A stretch of DNA of 64,000 nt from Sphaerodactylus townsendi (lineage: Eukaryota), in assembly GCF_021028975.2 (NCBI RefSeq), contig NC_059427.1:73966001-74030000 (forward strand), in the 5' to 3' direction. The notes under the pieces were generated by a model. It saw only the letters and a program-made list of their open reading frames with translations, was not told the DNA's origin and ran no database searches. Below are positions 1-12,715 of this stretch, in pieces (position 1 is the first letter of the stretch; each line of letters opens with the position of its first letter). The position numbers and the translations under genes were made by a program.

Positions 1-72
1 AGCCCCTTTGAGTCTCCTGCAGGAGAGAAAGGGGGGGATAAAAATCCAAACTCCTCCTTCTTCCTCTTCTTC
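1..72 (+). mobile_element. 3' end of Squam3-type tRNA-derived SINE
   Basis: TTGAGTCTCC...ATAAAAATCCAAACTC plus CTT-rich tail, matching fuller copies elsewhere in the window. Confidence 0.7.
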
Positions 73-2113
73 TATAAAAGCAAGATAAGCCACTCCTCAA
101 TAGGAAAGAAGATGAAATAGACAGGCTACATCATGCACTCCAGCTGTATGCAAGTTATTCATACCTCTGACATAAAAAGGGGCACAATTAGATTCCTCTA
201 ACATTTGCTCTTAAACATTACAGCTACAGAGATTCCTTTTGCTTCTTCATTAAACATGCAGCTACAGATCATGCAGTTGCTGAGTAATTAACATACGACT
301 CAGGCCAAACTCCTATGCAACGCCTGACAAGAAGTCCCATTGAACTAGGATTTCTAAGCAGTGGGCATAAAATTGTGCTGTAAGAACCAATGGATTTAGT
401 GGAACTACCTTCTGAATAAAGTGAAGTAGCAGGCTGTCAGTCTTCATGGCACAGACTTTAGCTGCAATTTTCAGTTTTAAATAGAACAACAAAAATCCAG
501 AACAGATGAAAAGCTGAAATGGAAATCAAGCCCAATTAAATCCAACCTTGTTTAATACAGGTTCAGATGTGCCAAATGATCATGCTACTGCTACTATATT
601 GGGTGACAACTTGGCAAAATAAAAGCTAAACTAATCTAGTGCACATTAAAGGGCTTTAACAGGAGGATCATTGAAAGCTTTTACTGCAAAGTCTCCATTT
701 ATTTACTTCAACGTCCGACTTCCCAGATTTTTCCAGCACTGTCACCTCCTTGGAGTTACAATTGTGTTTCCACACAAAAAAAGTAGGGTTTCCTCAATTT
801 AACACAGTATTAGTCTACAGCCCTGAGAGTGATGCACCATTTTGATCTTGCTTTTTCTCATTGACTAGCAATGCATGTGTCAATGGAAAGGATGGGGGAA
901 ATGCCATCTAGATCCGCTAATTAGACCAAACCTTTCCTCCCCCACATATTTCCTCAATCCCACACTTTATTGTTGGCACTGAATATAGCAAAGATTTCCT
1001 CTAAAATACTGTAATTGGATAGTCAACAAAGATCCTCTTATCCAATGCTCCTTAAACCCCTATCACTACAATACCAAAAAGGTATATGAACAGTCTTATC
1101 GAACAGAGTAAACTGCCAAGAGGCTGATGAGCATGCAATACGGTTTGCTTCATAAAGTAGCAACTCAATTTGGGACACTAAAGAGCAATTCCAACTCTGA
1201 ATATGAGCAGCCATAACTGAACTTAGTATATGGAATGGTTGTATATGAAACAGAACTTTGAAAATAATTGTTCCATAACTCCATTTCAGTTGTCTTCACT
1301 TGCACCTTGTAACCTGCACATCTATTTTTATATGTTCTTTTCACAGTTTCATTGCGGCACCCCATGTGTCAATCACAGACCACTGACCATAAACTATATG
1401 CAAGCTCATGCTACTGTTTTCTTGGCATGTTTTATCTTCTTTTCCCCTACCCTTCCTTTCAAGCCAACAGCTTGAATACTCTTGAAATTTATAACAGTTG
1501 ACTAGAAGCTGGCACAAGTTACCCATAAAATAATAATTAAAAACAGCATGTGCTTGGGCAGCACAGACTGACTGCTGGCAAAGAGAACAGTAAGAAAACT
1601 TGCACTTTAGTTGTAGTTCACGTTGAAATGTGAACATTGTTTTATAGGTCACAGTGCATTTTCACCGCTACTCTATTGGACATAAACATGGGTTAAGAAA
1701 AAGCAACCATAGAGAAGCTGTTCCCTACGATTCAAATTATGTTACTGGTCACTCCCTGGCCGAAGGTCCTGCATTAAATTTAAGTATTTCTACTATGTTT
1801 CAAACCACTCCATGGCTGACAAGGCAATAAAGACACTTCTTCTGATAAACTTTACCAGGGACTTCAGATATTGGCAAAGTTTACCTCAGAACAAGGTTGA
1901 ATCAATGGCCTGAAAAGAAATATTTCACACACCAGTGACAAGACTGAATCATGTTCAATGTTATTGAAGTAATGCTTGGAACACACCGGCACCTGATGGT
2001 CATTCTTAAAGTATCACTGAAACATCACAAGCTTTCTCAAATGTCCTTCTCCAGGTGGGAAGACCCATTTTTTCACTTTCAAAGTCGCATATTACTGTAC
2101 ACTGGCAATAGGC

Positions 2114-2280
2114 TCACTTTTGTGATTTAATTGCTGTAACAACCACTCCCACCATTAAGGCAGCAATGGTAAAGCCTTGGGCTAGAATACGTGCCCGCAT
2201 CATTATTTGGGACTGGCGTGTGTTGCCCCTTTTGAAACAGATGAGTCCATAGGTCAAAGCTCCTGCTGTGCCAAGGCAAC
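2114..2280 (-). CDS. HIGD2A: HIGD2A coding exon 2 of 2 (HIG1 domain)
   Basis: Acceptor TTTTATTTAG|; GCLGTAGALTYGLICFKRGNTRQSQIMMRARILAQGFT HIG1 motif; TGA at 2114-2116; total 103 aa. Confidence 0.95.
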
Positions 2281-3087
2281 CTAAATAAAAATACAAGAAA
2301 AAGGTGTAAGTGAACAGAAAAGAAAAATGTGATTTCCTGTCTGGTCTTATGAACAGAAAGGCCTCAAGGATGCTTTCTCAGCCTCAGTTCCCCCCTGTTG
2401 ATTCAAGTTCCAGCATGAAGGCCTGGCTTCAAGATAAAGATTGCTAGCAATTTTGCAAATGGGAAGGATTAAAATAATGGCAGTTTTCCCTCCTTGGAAA
2501 GGAAAGTTTCCCTGGAAAGGGTACATCCACATTGTAGACTGAACTGACAGTTCTATGCTCCAGGTAGTATGGAAAGTCACATGAGAACTGAAAAACTGTC
2601 CTTTGCTCCTTGGCTCAAGCTTCAGCAACATCTCAGAGAAGCCCTAGAGATTTTCTTCTAAAGCTCTCTCTATCCTAACACAATCCAATTAAGTAAAATC
2701 TAGACTACTGCACGTGCCTGAAACATGTTGCTTTTTTCCCTACCACTTTCCAGGCAAGGAAACACTTCCTCTGCCAATTTTTTTGAGTCAGACTTTTCTT
2801 AATGACGCAGGAGTTAAGGCAGCAAAAAAAAAAAAAAAGATAAACAAGTCCATCCAGCAATCAGTTTCTAAATCTTATGGATGCCTTTACAATCATATTC
2901 ATTATCCCTTTCTATGAGTTGGTCATTTGACTAGTTAAAAGGTTTTGGTAAATTGTGTACTCAAATACTGGTCAAGTGTCATTAAAGCATTAACTTTAAA
3001 AGAACAAAAGGAAAATGATTTGATAGTTATGCTGTTATGGTGAAATAATATTAAATTGCTGTAATAAATGTTAGGTAAAGTTTCATA

Positions 3088-3270
3088 GCCCTGACCTGCT
3101 CGGCCCAGGCTAGCTTGATTTCATTAGATGTCAGAAGCTAAGCAATTCAAGGAATGTCAGGGTTGCTATGCAGAGGAAGGCAATGGCAAACTATCTGTAG
3201 TCTCTTGCCTTGAAAATCCTATATGGTCACCATAAGTCAGCTGCAATTTGATGGCACTTTACAAACACAC
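3088..3270 (+). mobile_element. 5S rRNA-headed SINE (5S-Sauria-like) remnant
   Basis: Degenerate 5S head (AGATGTCAGAAGCTAAGC), then GGCAATGGCAAAC...CCATAAGTC tail; related fragment at about 38390-38510. Confidence 0.6.
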
Positions 3271-3519
3271 AAAAGGTTCTGTAAGTGTCAATGATTCACT
3301 GAACAGTCCTCCTTGCTAAAGAGCAACAAAGATAACAGTGGGTGTTTCAGATACCTGGTGGGTTGGGAGAAATCCATAGGACACAGTGGAAAGGAAGGCT
3401 GTGTTGGTGTGGAAATCAAAAGGAGAATACACTCCTTCACAAAATCACTATGAGTGGAAACACTGGCCCCTAAATCTAAAGTAAACATTATGTTTACGTT
3501 ATTGACTGTTGGATAAAAC

Positions 3520-4620
3520 TGAGAGTGATGGAGAAGGAAATAGGGAGGCAACTAAAGCAGAAAATGTTGTAATAATGGGCACCTTCAACTATCATCATAT
3601 TGACTGGGTAGGTAGGTGCTTAAATACTGCCATAGAGATCAGGTTTCTGGATATTATAAATAGTTGTATGTTGGAACAGTTGGGCACACAGCAATTACAC
3701 GGTTAATTACTCCGGACTTCATTTTGAGTACAGCTTGAGACCTGGCACAATGTGTAGATGTAATTGCATCAACTGGGAACAGTGACTATAACATCATTAA
3801 GTTCAAGGTGGTTAAAAACTGGAATGTAAAGAGCTCCAGGAGGATGTCTGTAAATTGGCTGGGTGGGTAACCATATGGTAAATGAAGTTCAATGTAGGAT
3901 CACATGGTTCATGGAGGATAGGTCTATTGGCAGCTACTGACTAGGATGACTAAAGTGAACCTCCACATCTGGAGGTGGTCAACCCTTGAATGTTACTTGC
4001 TAGGAGGCAACAACATTGGTGTCGGCCTCTATGGCTTCTTTGTTGATCCAGTCATCATGCAATGTAAAGGGGAATGGATACAGAAGTACTATATAAACAA
4101 TGCAAAAATGCAATAAGTATCCACACGACTATCACCACAATCACATGGTAAAATTTATCTTAGTTTATAAATGGAAATTTACAATAAATCATGTGTTTTC
4201 ATACACTTCATATGTACATTTCATTATCCAATATTACATCATATCAGAGATAAGTGCATAATTTTACATAAAACAATTTTCAGTTGTAAGCAATTCAAAG
4301 CTTTTTCAGTTACAAGTAATTCAAAACTATGAAAATGTGAGGTGGGGCACACAGCAATTACACGGATAATTACTCTGGACTTCATTTTCTACATATGAAG
4401 TATATGAAAACACATGATTTATTGTAAATTTCTATTTATAAACTGACTCAGTTAAAATATACCATGCGATTGTGATGATAGCCTTGTGGATACTTATTGC
4501 ATTTTTGCATTGTTTATGTAGTTCTTTGTTGACCCTTCAGGACAACTGCTTGACTGCAGAATGAAACGGAGATGGACCAGATGGACTACTAGCTTAATGG
4601 ACCAGATGGACTACTAGCCC
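3520..4620 (+). mobile_element. Degraded CR1 LINE (endonuclease fragment and 3' end) interrupted by an inverted-repeat insertion
   Basis: VVIMGTFNYHHIDW...FLDIINSCMLEQL is the CR1 APE motif. Confidence 0.65.
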
Positions 4621-5071
4621 ATAGTTTCAGTTTTCTCTAGTGAAACAAAGCAAAGTAATACCACTTATCAACTGCAGGCCAGACCTTCTTCTCTGAAGAT
4701 ACTTATGGTCATTAAAGGCATTTAGAAAGAGAAGCTGTGCTATGCTATTGATTCTGCATGACCAGGGATCTTCACTCAAAAAGGATCCCATCATGAAATC
4801 TGATAGGCAGTGGCATTTTTGGTTTTACAGAATACTGGTCAATTTTTTTTTCAAATTACTCCTTTAACAAGGGAAGAGAATCTTGGGGACATTTCTACCA
4901 ACTGCATCAAATTTAGGCTGAACTTCTCTTTCTTGTTACAAGTATTTAAGATTGGTCAGAGACACATGCTGAGGTCCTGAATAAGATAAAACAGTAAATT
5001 TAAGACTAAGTCAGGATATAGTGTATTGTATCTGTTTTTCTGTTTATTGTATTCTTGTAAACCTCTTAGGG

Positions 5072-5555
5072 CACTGATGGCGAACCTATGGCACGGGTGC
5101 CAGAGGTGGCACTCGGAGCCCTCTCTGTGGGCATGCGCACACGGAGTTCGTCATGCGGGGGCCGAAAATCACCCCCCCCCCCCCACAGACACATATCTAG
5201 GCTGGCCTGGGCCACTGAGCATGACGTGCGCGCACCGCGGTGAGCAGGGAGGACTGGGCTGGCGGGCCTGGTGCCTGTGCTCCGGGGGGGGGGGGGCTGC
5301 TGCCTGGGGGGGTGGGGCGCAGAGGAGGCAGAGATGATAGAGAGGCACAGAGTGGTGTGCGTGGGACTTGCTGGAGGCTAGAGCAGGCTGGCCCCTGCTC
5401 GAGCGGGTGGGGCAGAGGAAGAGGGAGCCAACCGTTTTTTTCTAAATGAAAACCTCAGCATTCAGGTTATATTGCCGGGTTGGCACTTTGTGATAAATAA
5501 GTGGGGTTTGGGTGGCAATTCGGGCACTCGGTCTCGAAAAGGTTCGCCATCACTA
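5072..5555. mobile_element. Non-autonomous hAT DNA transposon
   Basis: TIRs CACTGATGGCGAACC / GGTTCGCCATCACTA; exact 8-bp TSD TCTTAGGG. Confidence 0.85.
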
Positions 5556-6129
5556 TCTTAGGGTCACCTCTGGGAATAAAAGTAAAAATACATAGTTTTT
5601 GAAAAATCAATTGTCTTAGTCAATATTTCTAGAAACAGTTAACAAACCTATTTACAACACAATTATTGTATTACACTTGTATTACACTTCCTCTTCAAAT
5701 AGCAAACATAAATACTTAAATAGGCAGTTAGTTGAGAGGTATGCCAAATCTACTGAAACTGTCCCCATTTCCCTTCTACGAGTTAGCCTTTAACAGCAAT
5801 GGATCTCACTGCTCCCTTTATGCTCCCTAACTTACCTTACTTAAAGCGAGGACCAGGAACGCCTCTGCCCTGAATTCCGTAGAACAAGGGCAGAACAGTA
5901 ATGCTACAACAGGACGACAGGTAGAAATTCAACAGGTAAAGGACTGCCTATCCCTTCATTTTCTTCGCTTGAAGAAACATTTTCTCTTTTGAATTACGGC
6001 CGATTAGAAAAGAGCAGGGAGCTGCCCTCTCCCCGGCCTTGTCCACCTCTCCTTCCGCAAAGGTCGCTTGTGCTGCTCATCATCCCTTCTTGAGCAATGC
6101 CTTCACCCCCTTCCTAGCCTCTCGCTCAC

Positions 6130-6274
6130 CTATGGGTACAAGCGGGTTCTCGCGGATCTTCCGATTAAATTTTCCTCTGATCCCCTCGTCCCGATGCTGG
6201 AAAGCGCTGGGCGTGAAGCCTTCGATGACAGGGGGATGGCTGGGATCCAAGGGCGGTGGAGCACTCTGTGCCAT
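6130..6274 (-). CDS. HIGD2A: HIG1 hypoxia inducible domain family member 2A, coding exon 1 of 2
   Basis: ATG at 6274; MAQSAPPPLDPSHPPVIEGF...KFNRKIRENPLVPI matches the HIGD2A N-terminus; donor G|GTGAGC, phase 1. Confidence 0.95.
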
Positions 6275-6588
6275 TAGAAACCACACACTTGGGGTCGCGA
6301 CAGAGAAATAAGCTTCGCTTTGACTGCACCGGCCACCGTAGGAACGAAACGCTAACCTTTATGCAATGGTATTCGTGACCCGGATATGAAATGTACGGAC
6401 GTGTTTTGTAAAAAGTTTTCTGTTTGTTTCTGGGAGATGTAGTCCGCCTAAGGGTTTTGTTTCGTTACTTTTACTAAATTGGTGGGAAAGTAGGACTACA
6501 TTTCCCGTAAGCTACCGCAGTAATTGGTTTTGCTCTGCCGGCGAAGGGTTCTGCCTAACTAAGCCGCGTGCCTGGGCTGACTGTTGCG
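6275..6588. promoter_or_regulatory. Bidirectional HIGD2A/NOP16 promoter with two ACTACAnnTCCC (ZNF143/THAP11-type) motifs
   Basis: Divergent ATGs 315 bp apart in CpG-rich DNA; TGGGAGATGTAGTC at 6431-6444 and GACTACATTTCCCG at 6494-6507 in opposite orientations. Confidence 0.8.
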
Positions 6589-6695
6589 ATGCCGAAAGCC
6601 AAGAAAAAGAACAGGCGGAAAAAATACAACTACAATGTGGACCGCAAGAAGCTGAACAGGGCTTTTCGTAAGCGGCAGGCACCCCGTATAAAATG
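6589..6695 (+). CDS. NOP16: Nucleolar protein 16, exon 1 of 5
   Basis: ATG 6589; MPKAKKKNRRKKYNYNVDRKKLNR...APRIK; donor TG|GTAAGA. Confidence 0.95.
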
Positions 6696-7431
6696 GTAAG
6701 AAGGCAAAGAGGCCGTTGAGGTGTAATACAAAGGGAGGGAAAGATTCCAGGTTTGTTCTGCAGTCTTCTCGGAGGGGGGAGGGGGGAGTTAGATACCGCT
6801 CTCCCCATATACTAGCTCGGAAGATACTTGAATCACGCTGAGCTTGTTTTTCACACCATTACGAAAAAGATCTGGACTGTACTGAGATAATACGAGAAGC
6901 AAATTAGATCTTAGTTTGATCCAGACGCTGTGATCCAGACGCTGAAACTAGTAACACTTTTTTGTATTATTTTTGCACACTGTAATGCCGCATGCAGTGT
7001 TGGACAGGGACGCTTCCTGGACCATTGTTTGGCAGTGAAGGCTGGCATTTTGTTTTTTGATGCCCGTAACCCTCAGTATACGCTTCCGCAAGATACTTGG
7101 AATTGCTAAAGAATACGTTCTGCAGTTTAAATTCCTGTTTGTTATATTGGATTTAGTACTAAATTATCATGAGAGAAAATGAAAGTAAAGTGCTACCCCT
7201 AAACAACATTTAGCAGCATTCCATGTGCTTTATATGTGACAAAATTTGGACCCCCAAAGATTCTAACTATTTTAACAAAGCTAACAAGTGCTCTTTGGAG
7301 TTCTCTAAGCAATTGAGTGAAGTAGTTAATATTTCCCAGTAGATGTTTCTCAGTTCTTCTAGAAGAGAGAGGGAGCCCCTTTAATAATGGATAGTATTTA
7401 TATGTGGCTTTTTCTTTAATTTTTGTTTTAG

Positions 7432-7546
7432 TTCCCAAATACGACATGCCTGGGATCGCACAAAATCTGTATCACAGAACCTGGCTGAAATGGGCCTGGC
7501 TGCCGATCCAAACAAGGCTGTTCCCATTCCGAAGTTTATGCAACCG
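7432..7546 (+). CDS. NOP16: NOP16 exon 2
   Basis: TTTTAG| (C)SQIRHAWDRTKSVSQNLAEMGLAADPNKAVPIP; donor CCG|GTGAGT. Confidence 0.95.
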
Positions 7547-7864
7547 GTGAGTGTTGAGTGAACTCCATATAAGTATGTAATGTGTTGGTCAGTTTGATGA
7601 AGTAATTTGACTGAAAGTGTGCAAGATACTTATTGCTTCAGTTAGCCATTTTCCTGTGAAGAATGGATGTAGTCCCAACAAGACAGTTTACAGAAAAAGA
7701 AGAAAAAATCCATAAAACAGCTCACCATTTATGCTTGAACAAAAGAACCAATGCATTTCATGTGAATCTCTGCAGGTAGAGTGTAACAAAATGTGCATCT
7801 GAGGGAGATATAGAGGCAAAAATGTAATCTTATTAGAAGAAAAAAGGAGGAGGATTAACACCCT

Positions 7865-8085
7865 GCTTACAAACTCTTTCCCTTCTTCTCTCCACAACAG
7901 ACACCTTGTGAAGTAGGTGGGACTGAGAGAGCTCTGAGACAACTTTGACTAGCCCAAGGCCACCCAGCAGGCTTCATGTGTCAGGGTTGGGAAACAAATC
8001 TGGTTCTCCAGATGAGAATCTGCTGTTTATGTGGAGGAGTGGGGAATCAAATCCAGTTCTCCAGAGTTCACTACTGTACCATGCT
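7865..8085 (-). mobile_element. Squam3-type SINE
   Basis: GACTAGCCCAAGGCCACCCAGC core; B-box-like GGGAATCAAATCC. Confidence 0.7.
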
Positions 8086-8199
8086 ATATTTCTTTCATCC
8101 AGTTAAGGCTCTCAAAGCAGTGAAGTTAAAAAATATTAAAAGAAAATTTAGAAAAATATATACACACAAACAACAATAAAACATAAATATAAAGGAGAC

Positions 8200-8818
8200 T
8201 CAGTGAGGGAATGCCAAATCAATCAATGTGATACAGCAATAAAAAAGCCTAAGGTGGTTTTGAGGAGCATCAACAGAGCTATAACATCCACATTGCAAGA
8301 TGTCATAGTCCTATTGAACACTGCATTGGTCAGGCTGCACTTAAAATACTGTGTGTATTTCTGGAGGCCTTGCTTCAAAAAGGAGGTGGAGAGAATGGAG
8401 CAGGTATGGAAGAGAGTGACAAGGATGATCAGGGACCTGAAGACCAAACGGAGGGACTTAGGAATATTTAGTCTGGAGAAGCGGGGGCTGAGGGGAAATA
8501 TAATTGCTCACTTTTAAGTATTTGAAGGGCTGTCAGAGGATGGCAGGGAGCTGTTCCTGTTAGCAGCAAAGGATAGAACTTGCAATAATGGGTTTAAATC
8601 ACAGGCAGAAAAGTTCTGGATGGATATTAGGGAAATAGATTTACATTGAGAGCTGTGCAACAGTGGAATCTGCTACCTAGGGAGGGGGTGAGCTCCTCCT
8701 CACTGGCAGCCTTTAGGCAGTGGCTGGACAAACACTTGTCAGGAATGCTCTAGGCTGATCCTGCATTGAACAGGGGTTGAACTAGATGAATGTATGACCC
8801 CTTCCAACTCTGTAATTC
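8200..8818 (+). mobile_element. CR1 LINE 3' end
   Basis: LVRLHLKYCVYFWRP.FKK...LGIFSLEKRGLRG RT C-terminus; 3' UTR GGGGTTGAACTAGATG..CCCTTCCAACTC. Confidence 0.85.
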
Positions 8819-8859
8819 AAATGAAACAAAAGGGTTTCATCTGCTTGTGTAAGATAATG

Positions 8860-9270
8860 ATAGAGGAGGATGGATCACTCTCCTTGGGAACAGACTTCCA
8901 CAGTTTTGGTGCTACAATTAGAAGGTCCTTACTAGATTCCCACACATCTAGCTTCTGCTGTCTAGCCACCAAAAGCAAAGCCCCCAAAGAGGATTGTAAT
9001 GGTCAAATGGGTTCATATGGGAGTAGGGTTTACTTAAAGTATGCTGGTCCAAAACTGTATGAGGCTTGTAAAAGAATAACAGCTCCTTGAAGCAAATTGT
9101 AAGCCAGTGTAGATAGAACAAGACTGGAGTGATATGGTCTCTAAAGCTTGCTTTGGTAAGCATTCTTGCTGCAGCATCATGATCCAATTATAGCGTCCAC
9201 GTACTCCCCCAGGGCAGCCCTAGGTAGTGCGCATTGCAGTTATCTAATCTAGATATTAATAGGCCTAGTC
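8860..9270 (-). mobile_element. L2 LINE fragment
   Basis: AAARMLTKASFRDHITPVLFYLHWL L2 ORF2 motif. Confidence 0.7.
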
Positions 9271-9779
9271 ACAACAGGGGGCTTGCTATTTTGTGAAAGT
9301 ACAGGTGATGAGATTTTAAGATCTAAGATAAGACCTAAACTTTTTTCCCTGTTCACCTTGATAAGGAACATTTTGGGACTGTACAATAGAGTTGGTTGTT
9401 TTTCCCATGACATTTCAGCTGGATCTTGTCAAAACAAAGTATTATGTTGTTGTTCTTTAGCTGGAGATAGACTACCACGAGGGTCTGTGATGGTATTTTT
9501 AAATTATGATTCCCCTACAATAGTTAATTCTTGGGAAGTCATTCTGTTTTTGTTCTATATCTCACCAGTGATCTCACTAGTGATAAATTATTGCATCCAG
9601 ATTGGATTGAGTTCATTCAATGACAAGGTGAGCAAAGTAGAAACTGATATGAATTGGCCTGATAGCAGAAAAAGGGGATTCATCTTGCTAAAGCCTTCCA
9701 GTAAGATGAGTACTTAAAGAGCATCTGAAGCAATGTGTGGATTTTGCATAACATGAACCAAATTGTCTTTCAAATTCAG

Positions 9780-9849
9780 GTGATGAAAATGGACATTGAT
9801 GGACCAGAAAAAAAGTCAAAAATTGTACAGAAGCCATATGTACTAAATG
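9780..9849 (+). CDS. NOP16: NOP16 exon 3
   Basis: TTCAG| VMKMDIDGPEKKSKIVQKPYVLN; donor G|GTTGGT; phases fit the flanking exons. Confidence 0.9.
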
Positions 9850-10429
9850 GTTGGTATTTATTTATTCATGTATAGCTGACTTTTCTTACTGGGACTCAAG
9901 GCAGATCAAAAAAGTTATAACACAAAATTAAGCTGCACTAGATGAAGTGTTCATTTGAGTGGGACACGCCTAGTGGATACTGTGGTTTTGAAGCTTTGAA
10001 ACACAGAAGGGAAACGTTGTCACTATAAGACATCAAATGTAGCGCAACTTTATGAAGTTTATCAGCATTACATTTTCCATCAAACATTGGTGATGTCCAT
10101 GTTTCTTTGGATATATGTAACTAACTTTATATAAGTGGTGATCGTCCTGAGGTATCTCAGCTGATGGTTTTGGCTTAAAATCTACTGTGTAGTTTCCTAC
10201 AGAATTTTTTTTAAAAATTAGGAGCACAGTTTTCACAGCATTTTCCACTTGGGGGGCAGCAAGCAAAGAGAGAGATATCCTTCTCTTTTCTGTATTTCAG
10301 CATGCTCTGTCAAATTTGCATTGTTCTTTATAGTCACAGCAATGGCACCTAAGGAAAATGTAGGGATTTGAGCCCTAGAAGAGCACGTGTATGCAGCCCA
10401 ATGTTCATTATTGCTCATCGTCATCACAG

Positions 10430-10641
10430 GGAAGGGGCTGTGGCTCAGCAGCAGAGCATCTGCTTAGCATGCAGAAGATCCAGGTTAAACCTCCAGGCAT
10501 CTTTAGTTGAAAGAATCAAGGAGTAGGTGATGTGAAACATCTCTGCCTAAGACCTTGGAGAGTGTCTGCCTGTCTGAGCAGACAATACTTAACTGTCTTT
10601 GATGGACCAGTGGTCTGATTCAAGGCAGCTGCATGTGTTCA
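10430..10641 (+). mobile_element. Squam2-type tRNA SINE with CR1-like tail
   Basis: A-box-like GGGGCTGTGGCTCAG; tail GATGGACCAGTGGTCTGA...GGCAGC. Confidence 0.65.
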
Positions 10642-11329
10642 TTGTGATTTTCTAAACATTTTTCTAGTTTTTATATTTACATGTCAGCTTGTAACTGATT
10701 GTTACATGTCAGCTTGTAACTGATCGCTGCCTTGAAAATTTATATCAATAGATTGGAGATAAATACAGATTTTATATATTGATATGTGTATTATAGTAGA
10801 CAGAAGATTCAGGACAGACTAAAGGAAGTACTTTATTTTTTATACATTTGCTTACAAAATTTGTGTCCTGCATTTCTGCCCTTGCAAGAGCCACCAAGGC
10901 TTACTATTGATACATACATGATAAAATCACATTTTAAAACCCTTAACATCACCCCTGAACACAAATAATTAAAACAATTCAAATATGTACAAAACACAAA
11001 AAACAGGTTCTCCTGACTTTCTTACTGATCAAGAAGCTTGTTTGATGGGTACATGAGAGGCATGATTATGGAACAACCTCTCCAGTGAGGTGCATCTAGC
11101 ACCCTCACTTTTAATTTTTAGAAGGCAGCTGAAAATAGTTTTATTCAGGACTACAGTTCATTAAAGTAGTCCTAAATTGTGATTTTAAATTTAGATTTCC
11201 TGTATTTTTAGGCATTTTATTTATATTGTAAGCTGCTTTGAGCTCCGTAAGGAAGAAAGGCAGCTGATAAATTTGCTAAATAAATAAAACTAAAACATTG
11301 GTGTGGAAGGAGGGATAATTGAGGGAATG

Positions 11330-11720
11330 CTAAACAAAATGAAGTCTTCACTCACAGACTGGGGACAGATGAATGTTCCAGAGCTTTGGTTCCATGACCA
11401 AGAAGGCCTTCTCCTGGGTGGCCACACGCCTGATCTCATGGCAGAGCACCCAAAGCATGGCTTCTGAAGATTACCATAAGGGTTCATAAGGGATTAGGTG
11501 GTCCTTTAGGTACGTTCGTTTCAAACTGTATAGGGCTTTGAAGGTCAAGGCCAGCACTTTGAATGCACCTGGAAACAAATTAGGAACCAGTGTAAAGGGT
11601 CAAAGACTGCAGTGTTATGGTCCCTACAACCCACTCCAACATCCTGGCTGCAGCATTATGTACCAATTCAAGTTTCCGAACACAATTGAAGACCAATGCT
11701 CTAGTCAAATTCAGTTGCTT
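11330..11720 (-). mobile_element. L2 LINE fragment
   Basis: RKLELVHNAAARML motif. Confidence 0.6.
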
Positions 11721-11794
11721 CTTCGGGATCAGGCATCTGCAGTGTGTAGAATTCTGCCACAGCCTCACTGTATTTTCGTCCTCCCTCATCCCAG

Positions 11795-11901
11795 AGTTGG
11801 AATATCAGGCCAGCCTCCCTGAGAAGCAGTCACAAACCCTCTCCAGAGATCTCATTGACTACGTTCAGCACATGATCCAGAATCATGGTGAAAACTACAA
11901 G
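11795..11901 (+). CDS. NOP16: NOP16 exon 4
   Basis: CCCAG| (E)LEYQASLPEKQSQTLSRDLIDYVQHMIQNHGENYK |GTAGAT. Confidence 0.95.
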
Positions 11902-11924
11902 GTAGATGGTTTGTGTTACTGAAT

Positions 11925-12245
11925 GTGTATTTATTCTATTCCTTTCTACCCCACCTTTCTCCCCATTGGGGACTCAAAGTGACTTGCATAATTCTTCTGT
12001 CCTCCATTTTATCTTCTCAAAAACCACGTGAGGTAGGTGGGCTAGTAGAGTTTTACTGGCCCTAGGTCACCTAGTGAGCTTCCGTGGCACCAGTGGAGAT
12101 TTAAACCTGGGTCTTCCAGATTTAAACCACGTGAGGTAGGTGGGCTAGTAGAGTTTTACTGGCCCTAGGTCACCTAGTGAGCTTCCGTGGCACCAATGGG
12201 GATTTAAACCTGGGTCCAGCATTCTGAACCACTACACCACACTGG
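11925..12245 (-). mobile_element. SINE (Squam3/MIR-like) with an internal 103-bp tandem duplication
   Basis: Units start AAACCACGTGAGG at 12021 and 12124 and are nearly identical. Confidence 0.7.
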
Positions 12246-12571
12246 TGTGGAAGACTTTAAGGGCCCTGTTTTGAATGCCTGGAACTGTTATTTCCATTAT
12301 TTCCATTGCAGTTCCTTCCTCTTTTTACCCATGACTGCTTTCCTGTCAGATGAAAATAGTTGTTTCTCTATGCTGAACTCCAGTGGATTGCATTTGAGTG
12401 CCTCTGTTTTTTCTGAGTATTTTTCTCTGGTTGTCACTTCCTATTTGTGTTGTGAACAGACTGAACTTGTGTCTCGATGCACAGCCCAGTGCTTGCTTTG
12501 TGGGTGTGGGAGGCCTTCTTGAAGCTGCTGCTTGATTTCTTCAGCTGTTAACTCTTCCTTTCAATTTTCAG

Positions 12572-12715
12572 GCTATGGCTCGTGATGAGAAGAACTACTA
12601 CCAGGACACACCAAAGCAAATAAAAAGCAAGATCAATGTATACAAACGCATTTATCCAGAGGAGTACCAAGCTTTCTGTACCTCCCTTCAGCAGGAAAAG
12701 ATGGACAAACAATGA
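12572..12715 (+). CDS. NOP16: NOP16 exon 5 (stop)
   Basis: TTTTCAG| AMARDEKNYYQDTPKQIKSKINVYKR...TGA; total 180 aa. Confidence 0.95.
   Translation, partial: AMARDEKNYYQDTPKQIKSKINVYKRIYPEEYQAFCTSLQQEKMDKQ

Noticed and set aside
1-2100. Exons of the expected syntenic neighbour CLTB
   Set aside because: No clathrin light chain-like translation seen; probably HIGD2A 3' UTR or intergenic
3088-3150. 5S rRNA gene
   Set aside because: Truncated, degenerate and fused to a SINE tail
9283-9717. 144-aa plus-strand ORF in NOP16 intron 2
   Set aside because: Non-ATG start, no domain, adjacent to a decayed L2; likely chance
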